A program made the translations under genes and the position numbers. DNA of 64,000 nucleotides from the human T2T-CHM13v2.0 reference genome, Homo sapiens. The notes beneath the pieces are model-generated. The model was not told where the DNA came from, made no database searches, and saw nothing but the letters and a program-made list of their open reading frames with translations. Within the stretch, counting starts at the first letter, position 1. Every line of letters begins with the position of its first letter. The stretch lies in NCBI RefSeq assembly GCF_009914755.1, contig NC_060942.1. One strand, 5' to 3'. Positions 1-12,310 of the stretch are shown one piece after another.

Positions 1-144
1 AAAAACCCTGTGGCCTTTAGAACATAGTTTATTCTTTAAGTGTAGAGGTGCACGACTTAACCCTTGCCTTAGGTCTTATTTATAATTGGTATCTTATTGC
101 CTCAAAGACACTGTTCTGTCAGTCTTACGATCTGTATTTTAACA
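1..144 (-). mobile_element. ERV1-class (MER4-group-like) LTR, 5' end, cut by the window edge
   Basis: Reverse complement begins TGTTAAAATACAGATCGTAAGACTGACAGAACAG and resembles MER4-group LTR starts. Old L1 sequence begins immediately after 144. Confidence 0.5.
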
Positions 145-500
145 CCATCAAAAGTTTCTTATTGGCCTTTTGTGGTGTCTCCTTCCTTCTCTTACTCTCT
201 TCTCAGAAGCAGGCAACACTGATCTGCTTTCTGTCCCTATATTAGCTTGTAATTTCAATAGTTTTATATAAATGGCATCAGATACTGTGTATTTTTTATC
301 TGACTTTTTCAGTTAGACAAATTATTTTGAGATTCATCCATGTTGTTGCAAATATCAATAATTCAGTCCTTATTACTGAGCAATATTCTACTGTGTGTGT
401 GTGTGGAGATACAATTTGTTTAGCCAATCACCTGTTGGTGGGCTTGTGGGTTGTTTCCAGTCTTTGGCTATTACAAATAAAGCTACTATGAAAATCCTTG

Positions 501-2416
501 TCTTACGGGATCCTTAGCGGGTGTTGCTTTTCTAGCTGGAAACCTCTGTGGCCAGTGGTACTTTTGCCGGAGTTTGCTCAGGCCCACTGAGCCCACTCAT
601 CCTGGCAGGCTGCATTTGGCTCGTGCTACCAGCCTGGATTCCACAACTCCAAAGAGACTGGAGTGGAGCAGTGACAGGTACATGAGCAAGAGAGCATGGG
701 ATCCAGGCACTGCACAGTCAGGCACACCGGCTGCTGCAGTGGGGTGGGCAGCTCCAGGTGCCAACACACTGAGAGTCTGCTCTGGACCAGGCATACTGCA
801 AGCAGCTTCCATGGCTGGCACCAGAGAATGCAGTGGTGCCCAGAAGCTTGGAGACTCCAGGAACCACAGGGCCCCAAAGGAGGAGTCACAGCCATGGCTC
901 AGGGAGCTCCCAGGTCTGGGCTTCCCAAAGGACCACAGCTCTTTTCTCCTCTCTTCTCTCCTCCTTGTGGCCCACAATGTGGCAAGCAAGGGATGTGTTT
1001 CAGCACTGTTTGTATAACAGCTCTTTTAGCCTCATCATTCGGTGAGTCCCGGGTTCTTGTCCTGCATCCAGGAAGAATGAGAGGAGCTTTACTGAGCAAT
1101 AGAACAGCTCAGAGGAGACCTGCAGTGGGCAGCTCCTCTCTGTAGTTAGGGGTTCCAACCAGTGTTCAGCGTTCAGCAGAGAGGGTAGCTCCTCTCTGCT
1201 AGACAGATTGTCCCCACGAGTGTTGAGCTCTCAGCAGAGAGGGTAGCACCTCTCTGCAAGTGGTCATCCCATTGTCTCCCTATCCTCTCTTCATCCTCTG
1301 CTGGAGTCTGGCTGAGTCCGGGGGGGCGGGGGGTTATGGGCCTCTGAGGAAAGGAAGTGGGTGCTGATTTGTCCATGGGCAGTCGTGGGTGGGCCCAGAG
1401 AAAAGCACAAGTTCCCCCTCTGGTCGGTGGGACTGGTGGCCTAGCCCCCAGGCTTCAGGCCCTCCGTGGTTGGAAGGTGGGGGCTTCACCAGGGACTAAC
1501 CCCCTTCTGCCCAGGAGTCTGTCTGCCTCCTGCCACCATTCATGATGCCTAGACTGTTCATGCCAAGGGGTACCTGTAGGCCAGCGCCAGGCTGTCCTCA
1601 GGTCCCCCTTGACCTCCCTCCCATGCTTGTTGGTGCCCAAACCCCAGAGGCGGGGGGCAGCGAGAAGGCAAGGGGCTGGTATTTCAGCACTGTCCCAAGC
1701 TCACACACACCCAGCCGGGCTGCATAAACGTTTACCCTAGCTTGGCCCCATCCTTGCTCAAAGAGCGGGCGCTGGAAGCAGGGAGAGGCCAGGCAGTGGG
1801 AGCAGAGATCTCCAAGAATGCAGGGGTGAGTGGGGCCTTCCTGGGCCCCAAGAGTGCAGAGATGCCTGGGTCTGCAGCCACAGCTGGGCGGCTGTATCTG
1901 CACCCAGGGTGGGCAGGACTTCTGCCTGCTCCCAGCGCCCAAGACCACAGGGAGGCCCAGGTCCACAGCCATGACTTGAGTTGCTGCCTGCTCCCGGCTC
2001 CTGCCAGCTCCGTGGAGCATGTCACCACTGCAGGACCATCTCCACATTGGAGCCCCTCTCTGCCTGCCCCTTCGTTCCCAACTGCACTGCTCCCTCACCG
2101 GCAGGCGACTCGACCCAGCCCCATTGCCGCGGCCCCCAGAGTGGCAGGCTCCAGGGGGCTCCCAGGAGTGGGCTTCTGGAACTGTCTGCCTCTTCCCTAC
2201 ACCATCCCTGCAGCAGCGGCAGGCGAGAGTGACAATGCGAGGCCAGGGTAGAGAGTGGTGGAGGTTCCAGGCCTGGGACCAGGTCCTGCCCAGCCACACG
2301 AAGGTAGGGGCAGATGTCTTGGGGACACCGGGGCACATGGCGACTGCCCCCCAACACCTCCCGCTGCAGCTGGCGCAATGGGAGCAGTCGCTCCGGATGG
2401 CCCACTGCTGCCATCA
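501..2416 (-). mobile_element. MER52-family ERV1 solo LTR (~1.9 kb, GC-rich)
   Basis: Minus strand starts TGATGGCAGCAGTGGGCCATCCGGAGCG and ends ...AAGGATCCCGTAAGA (consensus-like CCCGTAACA). 4-bp TSD CTTG at 497-500 and 2417-2420. Internal CAGCAGAGAGGGTAGC(T/A)CCTCTCTGC repeats at 1174 and 1232. Confidence 0.88.
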
Positions 2417-2861
2417 CTTGTACATGATATAATATTTGGGGGTAAATACTCAGGATTATAATGACTAAATCATATGCCAGGTGTCTGTCTAAAATTTTAA
2501 GAAACTGTTAAACTCCTTTCAAAGTGGCTGTACCATTTTATATTCCTGTAAGCAGTGTGTGAGTTCCAGTTGCTCCACATTCTCACCAACACTTGGCATG
2601 CTCAACCTTTTAAATTTTAGCCATTTTAATAATTAAATTTAAATTTAATTAGTACTATAATACAGTGATATTTCACTGGGATTTTAGTTTGCATTTCCAT
2701 AACAAAGAATGATGTGCTTTTTTCATCTTATGTCATCTATATCTCATATTTGGGGAGTGACTGTTCAAGCTTTTTGCTCGATGTTGTTTATTCATTTTCT
2801 TATTATTGTGTTTTGAGAGTAATATATAACACAGACTACAAGCCCTTTAACAGATATGTGT

Positions 2862-3160
<299 letters not shown>

Positions 3161-3493
3161 AAATATTTTCTTTTAGTCTCTCTTTTGAAGAACAAATGCT
3201 TTTAACTTTCATGAAGTCTAATTTTCATCATTTTCCTTCCTAAATTGTGCTTTTAGTGTCATATCTGAGAAATCTTTGCCTAATTAAAAGTCATTCATAT
3301 TTTTCCCCTATGATTTCTTAAGGAAATTTTATAGTTTGAGGTTTTAAATGTAGGTCTACGGTCAATTTTTTCATTGTGGTAAAATATACATAATATGAAA
3401 TTTATCATTTTTATTATTTTTAAGTATATAATTCAGTGGTGTTAGGTACGTTAACATTGTTATGCAACTATCACCATTATGCACCTCCAGAAC

Positions 3494-3664
3494 TTTTTTT
3501 TTTTTTTTTTTCCAGAAACAGGATCTCTCTCTCTCTGTCTCCCAGGCTGGAATGTGGTGGTGCAATCATAGCTCACTGTAACTTCGAATTCCTGGCCCCA
3601 ACTGATCCTCCCACCTTGGCCTCCCAAAATATAGCGATTGGTGGTATAAGCCACTGCTCCCGGG
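3494..3664 (-). mobile_element. Alu monomer (FLAM-like)
   Basis: Poly-T followed by a single Alu arm. TSD CTCCAGAAC at 3485-3493 and 3665-3673. Confidence 0.85.
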
Positions 3665-3804
3665 CTCCAGAACATTTTGATCATCCCAAACTAAAACTTT
3701 ACACCCGTTAAGCAATAATTCTTCATTACTCCCACCCACAAGTCCCTGTTAACCACTATCATACTTTCTGTCTCTATAAATTTTACAGTTCTAGGTATTG
3801 CATA

Positions 3805-4173
3805 TGTCTCAGTCTGTTTGGGCTAGTATAACAAAATATGATAAACTGAGTAGATTATAAACAACATAAATTTATTTGTCACAGTTCTGGAGCCTGGGAA
3901 GTCCAAGATTAAGGCACTGACAGATTTGGTGTCTGGTGAAGGCCTATTCCCTGGTTCAGGAGATGATGCCTTCTAGCTCTGTCCTTATATGGTGGAAGGA
4001 GCAAATAAGATTCCCTGAGCCTTTCTTATAAGCACACTAAACCCATTTATGAAGTCTTTACTTTCATGACCCACTTTCCAAAAGGCCCCTTCTCCTAATA
4101 CTGTCACCTTGGGGGTTACTATTTCAACATATAAATTTGGAAGGTAAGGGTTGCAAGCATTCAGACCATAGTA
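3805..4173 (-). mobile_element. MaLR LTR, MLT1A-like
   Basis: tgtctcagtctgtttgggct...aaatttatttgtcacagttctggag...cattcagaccatag. Near-TSD gcata/tcata. Confidence 0.85.
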
Positions 4174-5055
4174 TCATATAAATGGAAATGTACAACATGT
4201 ACTTTTTTCTGTCTGGTTTATTTCACTTTGCCTATGTTTTTAAGGTTTATTCATGTGGTGCATATAGGAATTTCTACACTATGTTTTGCTGATGCATTCA
4301 TTCATCGATGAACACTGAGGTTGTATCCACCTTTCGACTATTGCAAATTATGCTGCTGTAATAAACATTAGTGTACAAAATCTGTTGAAGTTATTGTTTT
4401 CAATTATTTGGGGGTATATACCTCAAAGTGAAACTGCTGTTCATAAGGTAATTCTGTGTTTAATTTTTTTGAGAAACTGCCAGATTGTTTTCCACAATGA
4501 CTGCACAATTTTACATTCTCATTGGCAATGCACACAGGTTCCAATTTCTCCACATCCTCACCAATACTTCTTATTTTTGTCTTTTTAATATTAATCATCC
4601 AAATGGGTAGTATCTCACAGTTTTTATTTGTATTTCCCTGATGATTAGTGATGTTGAGCAACTTTTCATATACTTATCGGCCATCTGTCTATCTTCTTTG
4701 GTGAAATGTCAGTTCAAGTACTTTGTCCATCTTTGAATCAGCTTTTTTTGATTTTTTTGTTATTGAGTTGTAGGAGTACTTTATTTATTCTGCACATTAG
4801 CCCCTTATCAGATATATAATTTGCAAATCTTCTTCTGTTCTGTGGGTTGTCTTCCTTCTGATGATAGTGTCCTTAGATGCACAAAAGTTTTAAATTTTGA
4901 TGAAACTACTTATCTTTTCTTTTGTTGCCTGCATTTTTGGTATTATATCTAAGAAATCATTGCCAAATCCAATATCATGAAGCTTTTCTTCTGTTTTCTT
5001 CTAAGAGTTTTATAGTTTTAGCTTTTATGTTTATGTCTTTCATCCACTTTGAGTT

Positions 5056-5885
5056 ATATTGATTTATTTTCAAATGTTAAACTATTATTGCAATCCTGGA
5101 TAAAACCCACTTGGTCACGATATATTATTTATATAATGTTGGATTTTATTTGCTAAACTTCTATTAGGAAACTTTGCACCTATGTTTACGAGAAAATTTT
5201 CTCCATAATTTTTTTATATATATCTTCATGGTTTGGGTATCAGGATAATTCTGGCCTCATGGAATAAGTTGGGAAGTGTTCTATCCTCTGGAATCGTGTG
5301 GAGGACTTTGGGTAGTACTGCTATTATTAAATGTTTGGTTTACCAATGAAACTATAAAACTTAGAGGTTGGTTTTGTAGAAAGAATCTTAACTACAAATT
5401 TAATTTTATTAATAGATACAGAGCAAATCAGGTTTTTTCTTTAAGTTCAACAGTTTGCACATTTCATCAAAATTGTTTAATTGAATTTATTGGCAAATAG
5501 TTGTTCATAAGATTCTTTTATTATCCTTTTAACATCTGTAGAATCTGTGCTATGTCTCCGCTCTCATTCCTAATATTAGTAATTTGTCTTCTCCCTCTCT
5601 TTTTTTCTCTCCACATCTCTCTATCTCTTTCTCCTTATATCCTTATCTCTGTATCTATCTCTGTGTATCTATGTCTATCTGTGTCTCTTTTGCCTGATCA
5701 GTCTTGCTAGAGTTTTATCCATTTTATTGAACTCAGAAAATCAGCCTTTGGTTCCATTGATTTTCTGTTTCTTTTTCCTGTTTTATATTTCATTGATTTC
5801 TGCTCTGATTTTTTTCTCCTTTTGCTTGCTTTTGGTTTCATTTACTCTTCTCGGTTTCTTCAGATGGAAGCTGAAGTCCTTGATT
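5056..5885 (-). mobile_element. Old L1M ORF2 fragment
   Basis: ggataaaacccacttggtcacga; ggtatcaggataattctggcctcat; cagcctttggttccattgattttc. Confidence 0.7.
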
Positions 5886-6374
5886 ATTCTTTTTTGTTTG
5901 TTCTTCCTGAAATTCTATGGATTTTGTCTACTCATCTTTATTTGTTCTACTTACATACACCTACTTTACTAAATACATTCAATGTCAAAAATGACTTAGA
6001 ATGCAACATTTGCCCTTCCTTTTTAATCTAGAAATAACTTCAATTTTTTTTAAGTTTTGAATATTTTCTAGGAGTTTTCTTGGGTGAAGGGGATGTTATA
6101 AACAGACAGCAAACATGATCCAGTCATCCTGAATTCTCAAAGACCTTTAAATTTTTCTTTGTCTATATGGAGATAGCAATAAAGGTATGGTGATACTCTT
6201 AATCTCTTTCCTAACACTGTTTCTTACATAGTTGTCAGACTTCTTTAAGTTGATTTTCTTACGACTTTGAGTGGAGATTGTCGATCCCTCCCCTCCCTTT
6301 ATTCTTTCTGTCTTTCCCTGGGCTCCTGTGCTGTCTGTTGGGTGATATTTATATATGTTAGATTACCTGGGTTT

Positions 6375-6525
6375 ATATAACAGCTCTACCCTTATTCATG
6401 GTAGAACCTTATCCTCTTTAATCCTCTCATTTGTATAATAAAATTAATAGTACTGTAGCAAGAATCATGCATGTAAACTACTTAGTACACTGCCTGGTAC
6501 AAAGTAAAGGCTCAAAAACTATTTA
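6375..6525 (+). mobile_element. MIR
   Basis: ctcatttgtataataaaattaatagtact...atgtaaactacttagtacactgcctggtacaaagtaaaggctcaa (MIR core and tail). Confidence 0.7.
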
Positions 6526-6864
6526 ATAGCAAGTATTGGAAATGAGCAGATAGACTATTCAAGTGTTCACCAGTATAAGTATTTAGTACTTCAAAATCTG
6601 ATAAAATAACTGCTCTTTTTATAAACTTGGTTAACTTACAATACTTCATCAAGTATATCTATTAAATGAAAATTTATTGAAAATCTTCTAACACATTTTT
6701 TATGTTGGTCAGACACAAATTACAAACACACAGACACACAGAGAGAGAGAGAGAGAAAGAACACAATTCATACCTTTTTCATTTCTTTTTCCTGTCTTTC
6801 TTTTTTGGCGCTAGCTAGAACCTCTAGTATAATATTGACAAATCGGTGAAATATAGTTAAACTC

Positions 6865-7475
6865 TCACTTACTAAGCATGTGTTGAGAACCTCGTGGATC
6901 ACCCACTCTTCCAAGTTGTTGTGGAAACTAAATTCTAGTTATGGAAGCTAGGCAATAAACAAATAAATAAGCAAAAATAGAGGAAGTGATGATTGCCATG
7001 ATAAAACTAAACTGGGACTGGAACTGGCTGCTTTGGTCAGGCAATCAGAAAGCCTGTTCCTCATGAGATGCTATACACATTGTGATCTGAAGGACAAGGA
7101 GCCGCCATGAGAAGGCTTCAGAAAAGAGCATCCCAGGCCGATGAGGCAGATGGAAAGCCCCAAGGCATTAATGAACTTGGTCTGTTTGAGGAGCGAAAAC
7201 AAGGCTGTTATGGCTGCAACATGCTGACAAGTGGGAAGGAAGAGGCAGAGCCAAGACCACAAATGACCTTGGAGGCAAGATAAAGAGGCTTAGGATTTTT
7301 ATCACAAGTGCCATAGGGAGCCCAGAAGGATTTTAAGCAGAGTATGATGTAACTTGATTTATTTTTTTAAAACACCACTGTGGCTGGTGTTTGAAGAATG
7401 AAATATAGAAGGACCACTGGAGAAGCTAAGAGACTAGGTTAAAGACTGCGGTAGCAGCCTAGCCAAGAGCTGTCA
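6865..7475 (-). mobile_element. L2 (L2a/b-like) fragment
   Basis: gagcatcccaggc...gaacttggtctgtttgagga...gggagcccagaaggattttaagcagag...aacaccactgtggctg. Confidence 0.8.
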
Positions 7476-7506
7476 GGTGTTAGCAACGAGGATTTAGAAA
7501 AAACAG

Positions 7507-7703
7507 GTACAAATTATTTCATCACCCAGGTAGTGAGCATAGTAACCTATGGGTAGTTTCTGGGTCCTCACCCTCCTCCCACCTTCCCTTATACACCAAA
7601 CCCCAGCGACACGCAATTTAGCCATATAACAAACCCGCCCATGGAGCCCCTGAACCTAAGTTTGAAGGAAAAATGATAACAATCATAATTTTAAAAAAGA
7701 AAA
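7507..7703. mobile_element. Short 5'-inverted L1 (L1PA15/16-L1PB-like 3' end)
   Basis: 7507-7588 is antisense L1 3'UTR. 7590-7703 is the adjacent sense 3' terminus plus A-rich tail. Flanks aaaaaacaggta / aaaaagcaggta. Confidence 0.85.
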
Positions 7704-8999
7704 CAAAAAGCAGGTATATTTCAAATGCAAGTGGAGAATTGAGAATACTTCCTGATGCAGCAAATTTGGCAGAGGCAAGAGAGAAGGAAACTTAAATGTA
7801 ATGATTATAAAAGCGAGGTTAGCTATAGCATACTTCAGTTCTAAATCAATTATCTGTGATAATATATTTCTGTTTTTCCCAGAGCTATATGAATAATAAA
7901 GTAATATATTTAAATATCACCTATCTTTAAGGTTCACATCCTGTCAATGTTGGTGTTTTTAAATAAATTCAGCTTCAAATGCTCTATTGAATAAGCCAGA
8001 AAAGTTAGTGGCTTATAAATGAATGGGACTATCAGTAAGGACACTCACTACCACACAGTATTAAAATATATTGATTTTTTAAAGAGAGACTTGATAAAAT
8101 GTGACAAATTACAACCTACTAAAATAATGACATTTAGATTTCAGTGTCATATGGGAAAAAGGAGTCGATAATATTTCTCATTTATTGTATAAAGACTTCC
8201 ATTACTTCTACCTTTTGCCGTCAGTTAAAGGTTCATAACCATTAAGCAAGAGTTGCAGCTTGATCTAGAGACATGATTTTTGGGCAAAGCATAGGGACCT
8301 GTGCTCTGTGTTGCTGGATTTCTGATTTTTCTTTCCAGTGTGAATCTGTTAGCTGAAGATCTGTGATTCAGGAAAGAAGCTCAGAAATCATTTTAATCTA
8401 TGAGCTCCCTTTCTCTCCACTCCCAAGCAATCTGCAACAGTTCAACACCTGTTTTGAGTTCCTAGCTGTTCATATGATTACTAGTGAATCATAATCAAAA
8501 AGGCAACCGCTATGCATCCCACTGCAAGAGGCAGTGCAAACAGATAATATATAATTTTCTTTGGCTTTCTCAACAGTAGAAACAAGGACGAATGGCAAAA
8601 TTACCAAAGCAAAATGTCTATCTAAATGGCCACGTTATACTCTAAGAGAAACCTTCTCTGAAAAGTTACTTAACTTTGCATCCCTACCTAAATTTGGTAC
8701 TATGTTAACCTATCCCCAAAACATAAAATTCTATAATTAGGGTCAGATTTGATGAGGTGAGACAAATAGCTTGTGAATAATCATGTACTCAGTTGTATTT
8801 TGGTTTTTAAGATCCAAGTAAAAACAGAGATATGTGGCAAAGTGGATATGAATTTTGGCTCTGCCCACAATAACACTGTGAACTTGACATTGCCAACAAC
8901 CCTGTTTTATCCCTTGTGAAACTAGAATGATAATAAAATTATCCTTAAAAACATAGAACAGATTAAATTTAACAACATATTCCTTTGGGTTGGCATCAT

Positions 9000-9305
9000 T
9001 GTCAGGTACCATATTTTGCCGCATGGTGGCAAAATGTCTCCCAGCAGCTCAAGGCTTATATCTTAGCCTTTCAGAATCCCATTGAAAGATAAACATGCCT
9101 CTTCCCTGATGTCACTATCAAAGGTCTGAGAATGAATCCCATGTACATGGACTGAGTCATTGAGATACAGAACCCATATCATGATTGAGCAGGACTGAAC
9201 TATGTCCTACCCATCCTTCCATTCAGGAAGGGAGTCCAGAGCCTCCCAAACCACATGGAATGAGGAGGGAGAGAGGTTGTGTCCTGAGAGAATCACAGGT
9301 ATTTG
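9000..9305 (-). mobile_element. Old MaLR LTR fragment (MLT1K-like)
   Basis: atggtggcaaaatgtctcccagcagctcaaggcttatatc...cctcccaaaccacatggaatgag. Confidence 0.6.
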
Positions 9306-9324
9306 CCATATAATCTAAATTCTA

Positions 9325-10378
9325 TAGCTCTAACTCTATATTTCCTAACTTGGTGTGTTACCTTGAAGAAGTTTCTAAAGTTCTCTGTGTTTCAGGATTC
9401 TCAATTAGAAAGTAACATAACAACCCCTACTTCATAAAGTTGCTGTGAGATTTTGATAAAAATTTATATATATATACAATTTTATAATATATAATATATA
9501 TAATTTTATATATTATATATAACATTATATATATAAAAAATTTTATCATCAAAATCTCACAGCAACTTTATGAAGTAGGGGTTGTATATATGTGTATATA
9601 TATATACTACATCTATATGTAGTATGTATGTGTATATATATACTACATCTATATGTAGTATGTATGTGTATATATATACTACATCTATATGTAGTATGTA
9701 TGTGTATATATATACTACATCTATATGTAGTATGTATGTGTATATATATACTACATCTATATGTAGTATGTATGTGTATATATATACTACATCTATATGT
9801 AGTATGTATGTGTATATATATACTACATCTATATGTAGTATGTATGTGTATATATATACTACATCTATATGTAGTATGTATGTGTATATATATATACTAC
9901 ATCTATATGTAGTATGTATGTGTATATATATATACTACATCTATATGTAGTATGTATGTGTATATATATATACTACATCTATATGTAGTATGTATGTGTA
10001 TATATATACTACATCTATATGTAGTATGTATGTGTATATATACACATCTATATGTAGTATGTATGTGTGTATATATACACATCTATATGTAGTAGGTATG
10101 TGTGTATATATACACATCTATATGTAGTAGGTATGTGTGTATATATACACATATATATGTAGTAGGTATGTGTGTATATATACACATATATATGTAGTAG
10201 ATATGTGTGTATATATATACACATATATATGTAGTATATGTAGTATATATGTGTGTATATATACACATATATATGTAGTATATATGTATGCTACATATAG
10301 GGGTTGTATATATGTATATATACATATATACACATGTATATGTAGTATATATGTATGCTACATCAGGGGTTGTGTATA

Positions 10379-10414
<36 letters not shown>

Positions 10415-10470
10415 CATGAAACAAGCCTAGCTCAGGCTGAGCACATGGTGGGTACTAAGTACATGTTATT
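9325..10470 (+). mobile_element. MIR split in two (about 9325-9465 and 10415-10470) by a simple-repeat insert
   Basis: 5' part: tgtgttaccttgaagaagtttctaaagttctctgtgtttcag...acccctacttcataaagttgctgtgagatt. 3' part: catgaaacaagcctagctcaggctgagcacatggtgggtactaagtacatgtta. Confidence 0.75.
9586..10415. repeat. AT-rich minisatellite/VNTR, 36-bp unit CTACATCTATATGTAGTATGTATGTGTATATATATA
   Basis: 12 near-perfect copies start at 9607, 9643, 9679, 9715, 9751, 9787, 9823, 9859, 9897, 9935, 9973 and 10009, followed by progressively degenerate ~35-bp copies and (TG)n(TA)n. Confidence 0.97.
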
Positions 10471-10559
10471 TCTTTATCTCCTCTTTCTCTCAGGAGTGAT
10501 GCAGAGTAAAGACAGCATGTATTGATGCTGGAAGACGGCTATAATATCTTCATTATTTC

Positions 10560-11200
10560 TTTCCTATGTCAAGCTCAGAGCCTTCCACATTTTTTTCTAA
10601 TATTTATTGGTTTTGAGCTAGCCCCGTTCAGAACACAATATTCTAGGTATGATCTGTCCAGTGCAAACTTGACTGTAATCTCTTTTGATTTGAAAGTGCT
10701 TTCATTGGCAACACCTGAGATTTTCATGACCAGTGTTGTGACACTTAACTCCCTACAGGCATTTGAACCAATCAGTAATACTCCAGGCCTTCTCTACAAG
10801 TCAACTTACTGGCAAACTATGTCTCTTTTGACTCATGCCTATGAAATTGCCCTTGGAGCATGTGCTGAAAATTCTATTCCTACTCATTGTTATCCTGTTA
10901 GATCTTGACATTTATGCTTGCCAGCATTCTTTTAGGTATGGATAAACCTCTCTTCAAAGCTTCACATCAGATACAAATTTTACCAGTGTTCTCTGGTGTC
11001 TTTATTTTCAGTGAAAACAACATCAAGACCCAAGTGGTGATGGGATCCTTCAACACAACATATGTTTCTCTCTATTTTGGGAGTGGTCACCCCAACAGCA
11101 TTCTAGTCAGGTAACCAATGCTGAACCCTACTATATACTATCATCAAACCCATATATATTTTTTTCATAAATATTTGTGAAGAAAGTTCACAAACCTTCT
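10560..11200 (-). mobile_element. Ancient CR1/L3 LINE fragment
   Basis: gaacacaatattctaggtatgatctgtccagtgca resembles antisense CR1 RT 3' sequence. Also aaccctactatatactatcatcaaacccatat. Confidence 0.55.
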
Positions 11201-12209
11201 TCATACTTTATACTTCCTTCACAATAGGAGCTCCATTATGTAGGAATTTGTACTGGCTAATCCAAGCACCTAGCTTCTAGCCTGTGGAAGCAGAGGCACA
11301 TCCAAGCAACAAAATGTTGGGAAAGAAAGGTTATGACCACTAAGATAGTATATCAAATAGTTTTCAGATGAAACCAATAAAAATCAGATTTAGACAAGAA
11401 GGCTGAAGACCAGACTGAAGAGATTTTGAGTTTTGAGTGATGGATGTTAATGGATTCTGTTCCCAATGGAGCAATACGCTGGCCTCACTGTTCTAGGGAA
11501 CAAATATGGTCATTTATCAAATCTGTCCCTTCCCCAAATAAAGTGACTCATCTGTGTAACATTTTAACCTAAAGAACTCTGCTGTGAGACCCCCTCCAGA
11601 ATGGTGCAAAAGTCAACAGTTGAAGCTGTTGGGCATGATGAAATGGGGCCTGGCTCTAAAGACCCCCACTAGCAACACAGAGTAGTGAAGGCAGTGACCG
11701 TCTCACTGTGTGAGCACAGGGAACCTGCTCTAGGAACCCCCAGAATACCAGACTGGGAAAAACAGCTGGAAAAAGGTTTGTTCCCTATAGCTGTGCTAGT
11801 AAGAGAAATGCCACAGAAACTGGGCATAACTAATTATTATTCTTTTGTCTTGGGAGGACTTGGGGAAGTTTGGGAATAGATGTATTTAATATAACCAAAA
11901 TACTAACAGTGATTACAGCTATGGAGATTTACAGGCATTGAGATTGCACATAATGAGTAATTTCACTATTTTATTTATCTATTACCTACATTCTCTTAAA
12001 ATTCTCTCTAATGAGCAGGATTTTTTAATCATAGTAAAGAATAACAAAATTAAACATAATTTACCGAAACACGGTAGGATTCTCATAAGCTTCATTATTT
12101 CACATGCTTCATTAGCATCCTGCCTATCCAATAGGCAGAATGGTTTAGTCTTGAAAATTCTCCTCATTGCAAAAGAAACAATCTTTTGAAGAAAAGTTAG
12201 AAATAGGAT

Positions 12210-12310
12210 GGAAGAAGAAGCAGAAGGGGCAGAAACAGAAGCAGAAGCAGAAGCAGAAGCAGAAGGAGGAGGAGCAGGAGGAGGAGGTAGAGGAAGAAGA
12301 GGAGGCGGAG
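12210..12310 (+). repeat. Compound purine-rich repeat (GCAGAA)n-(GGA)n
   Basis: gaagaagaagcagaa...(gcagaa)4 ggaggaggagcaggaggaggagg; accounts for ORFs 11982-12341, 12167-12484 and 12208-12399. Confidence 0.9.

Larger units (their letters stand above)
3371..5055 (-). mobile_element. L1MB-like 3' end nested in the older L1, itself interrupted by FLAM and MLT1A
   Basis: Starts ttgtggtaaaatatacataatatgaaattt (antisense L1MB 3' terminus). Residual ORF2 C-terminal peptide in ORF 4404-4661 (IGEDVEKLEP...LNTELPY). Confidence 0.85.

Noticed and set aside
574-2461. Many overlapping ORFs up to 246 aa on both strands
   Set aside because: Almost entirely within the GC-rich MER52 LTR, where stop codons are scarce. 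No recognisable domains.
9582-10430. Repetitive ORFs (YVYIYTTSICSM)n and a CRISPR-like 36-bp periodicity
   Set aside because: Head-to-tail tandem units with no unique spacers, no cas genes and a eukaryotic context. This is a VNTR.
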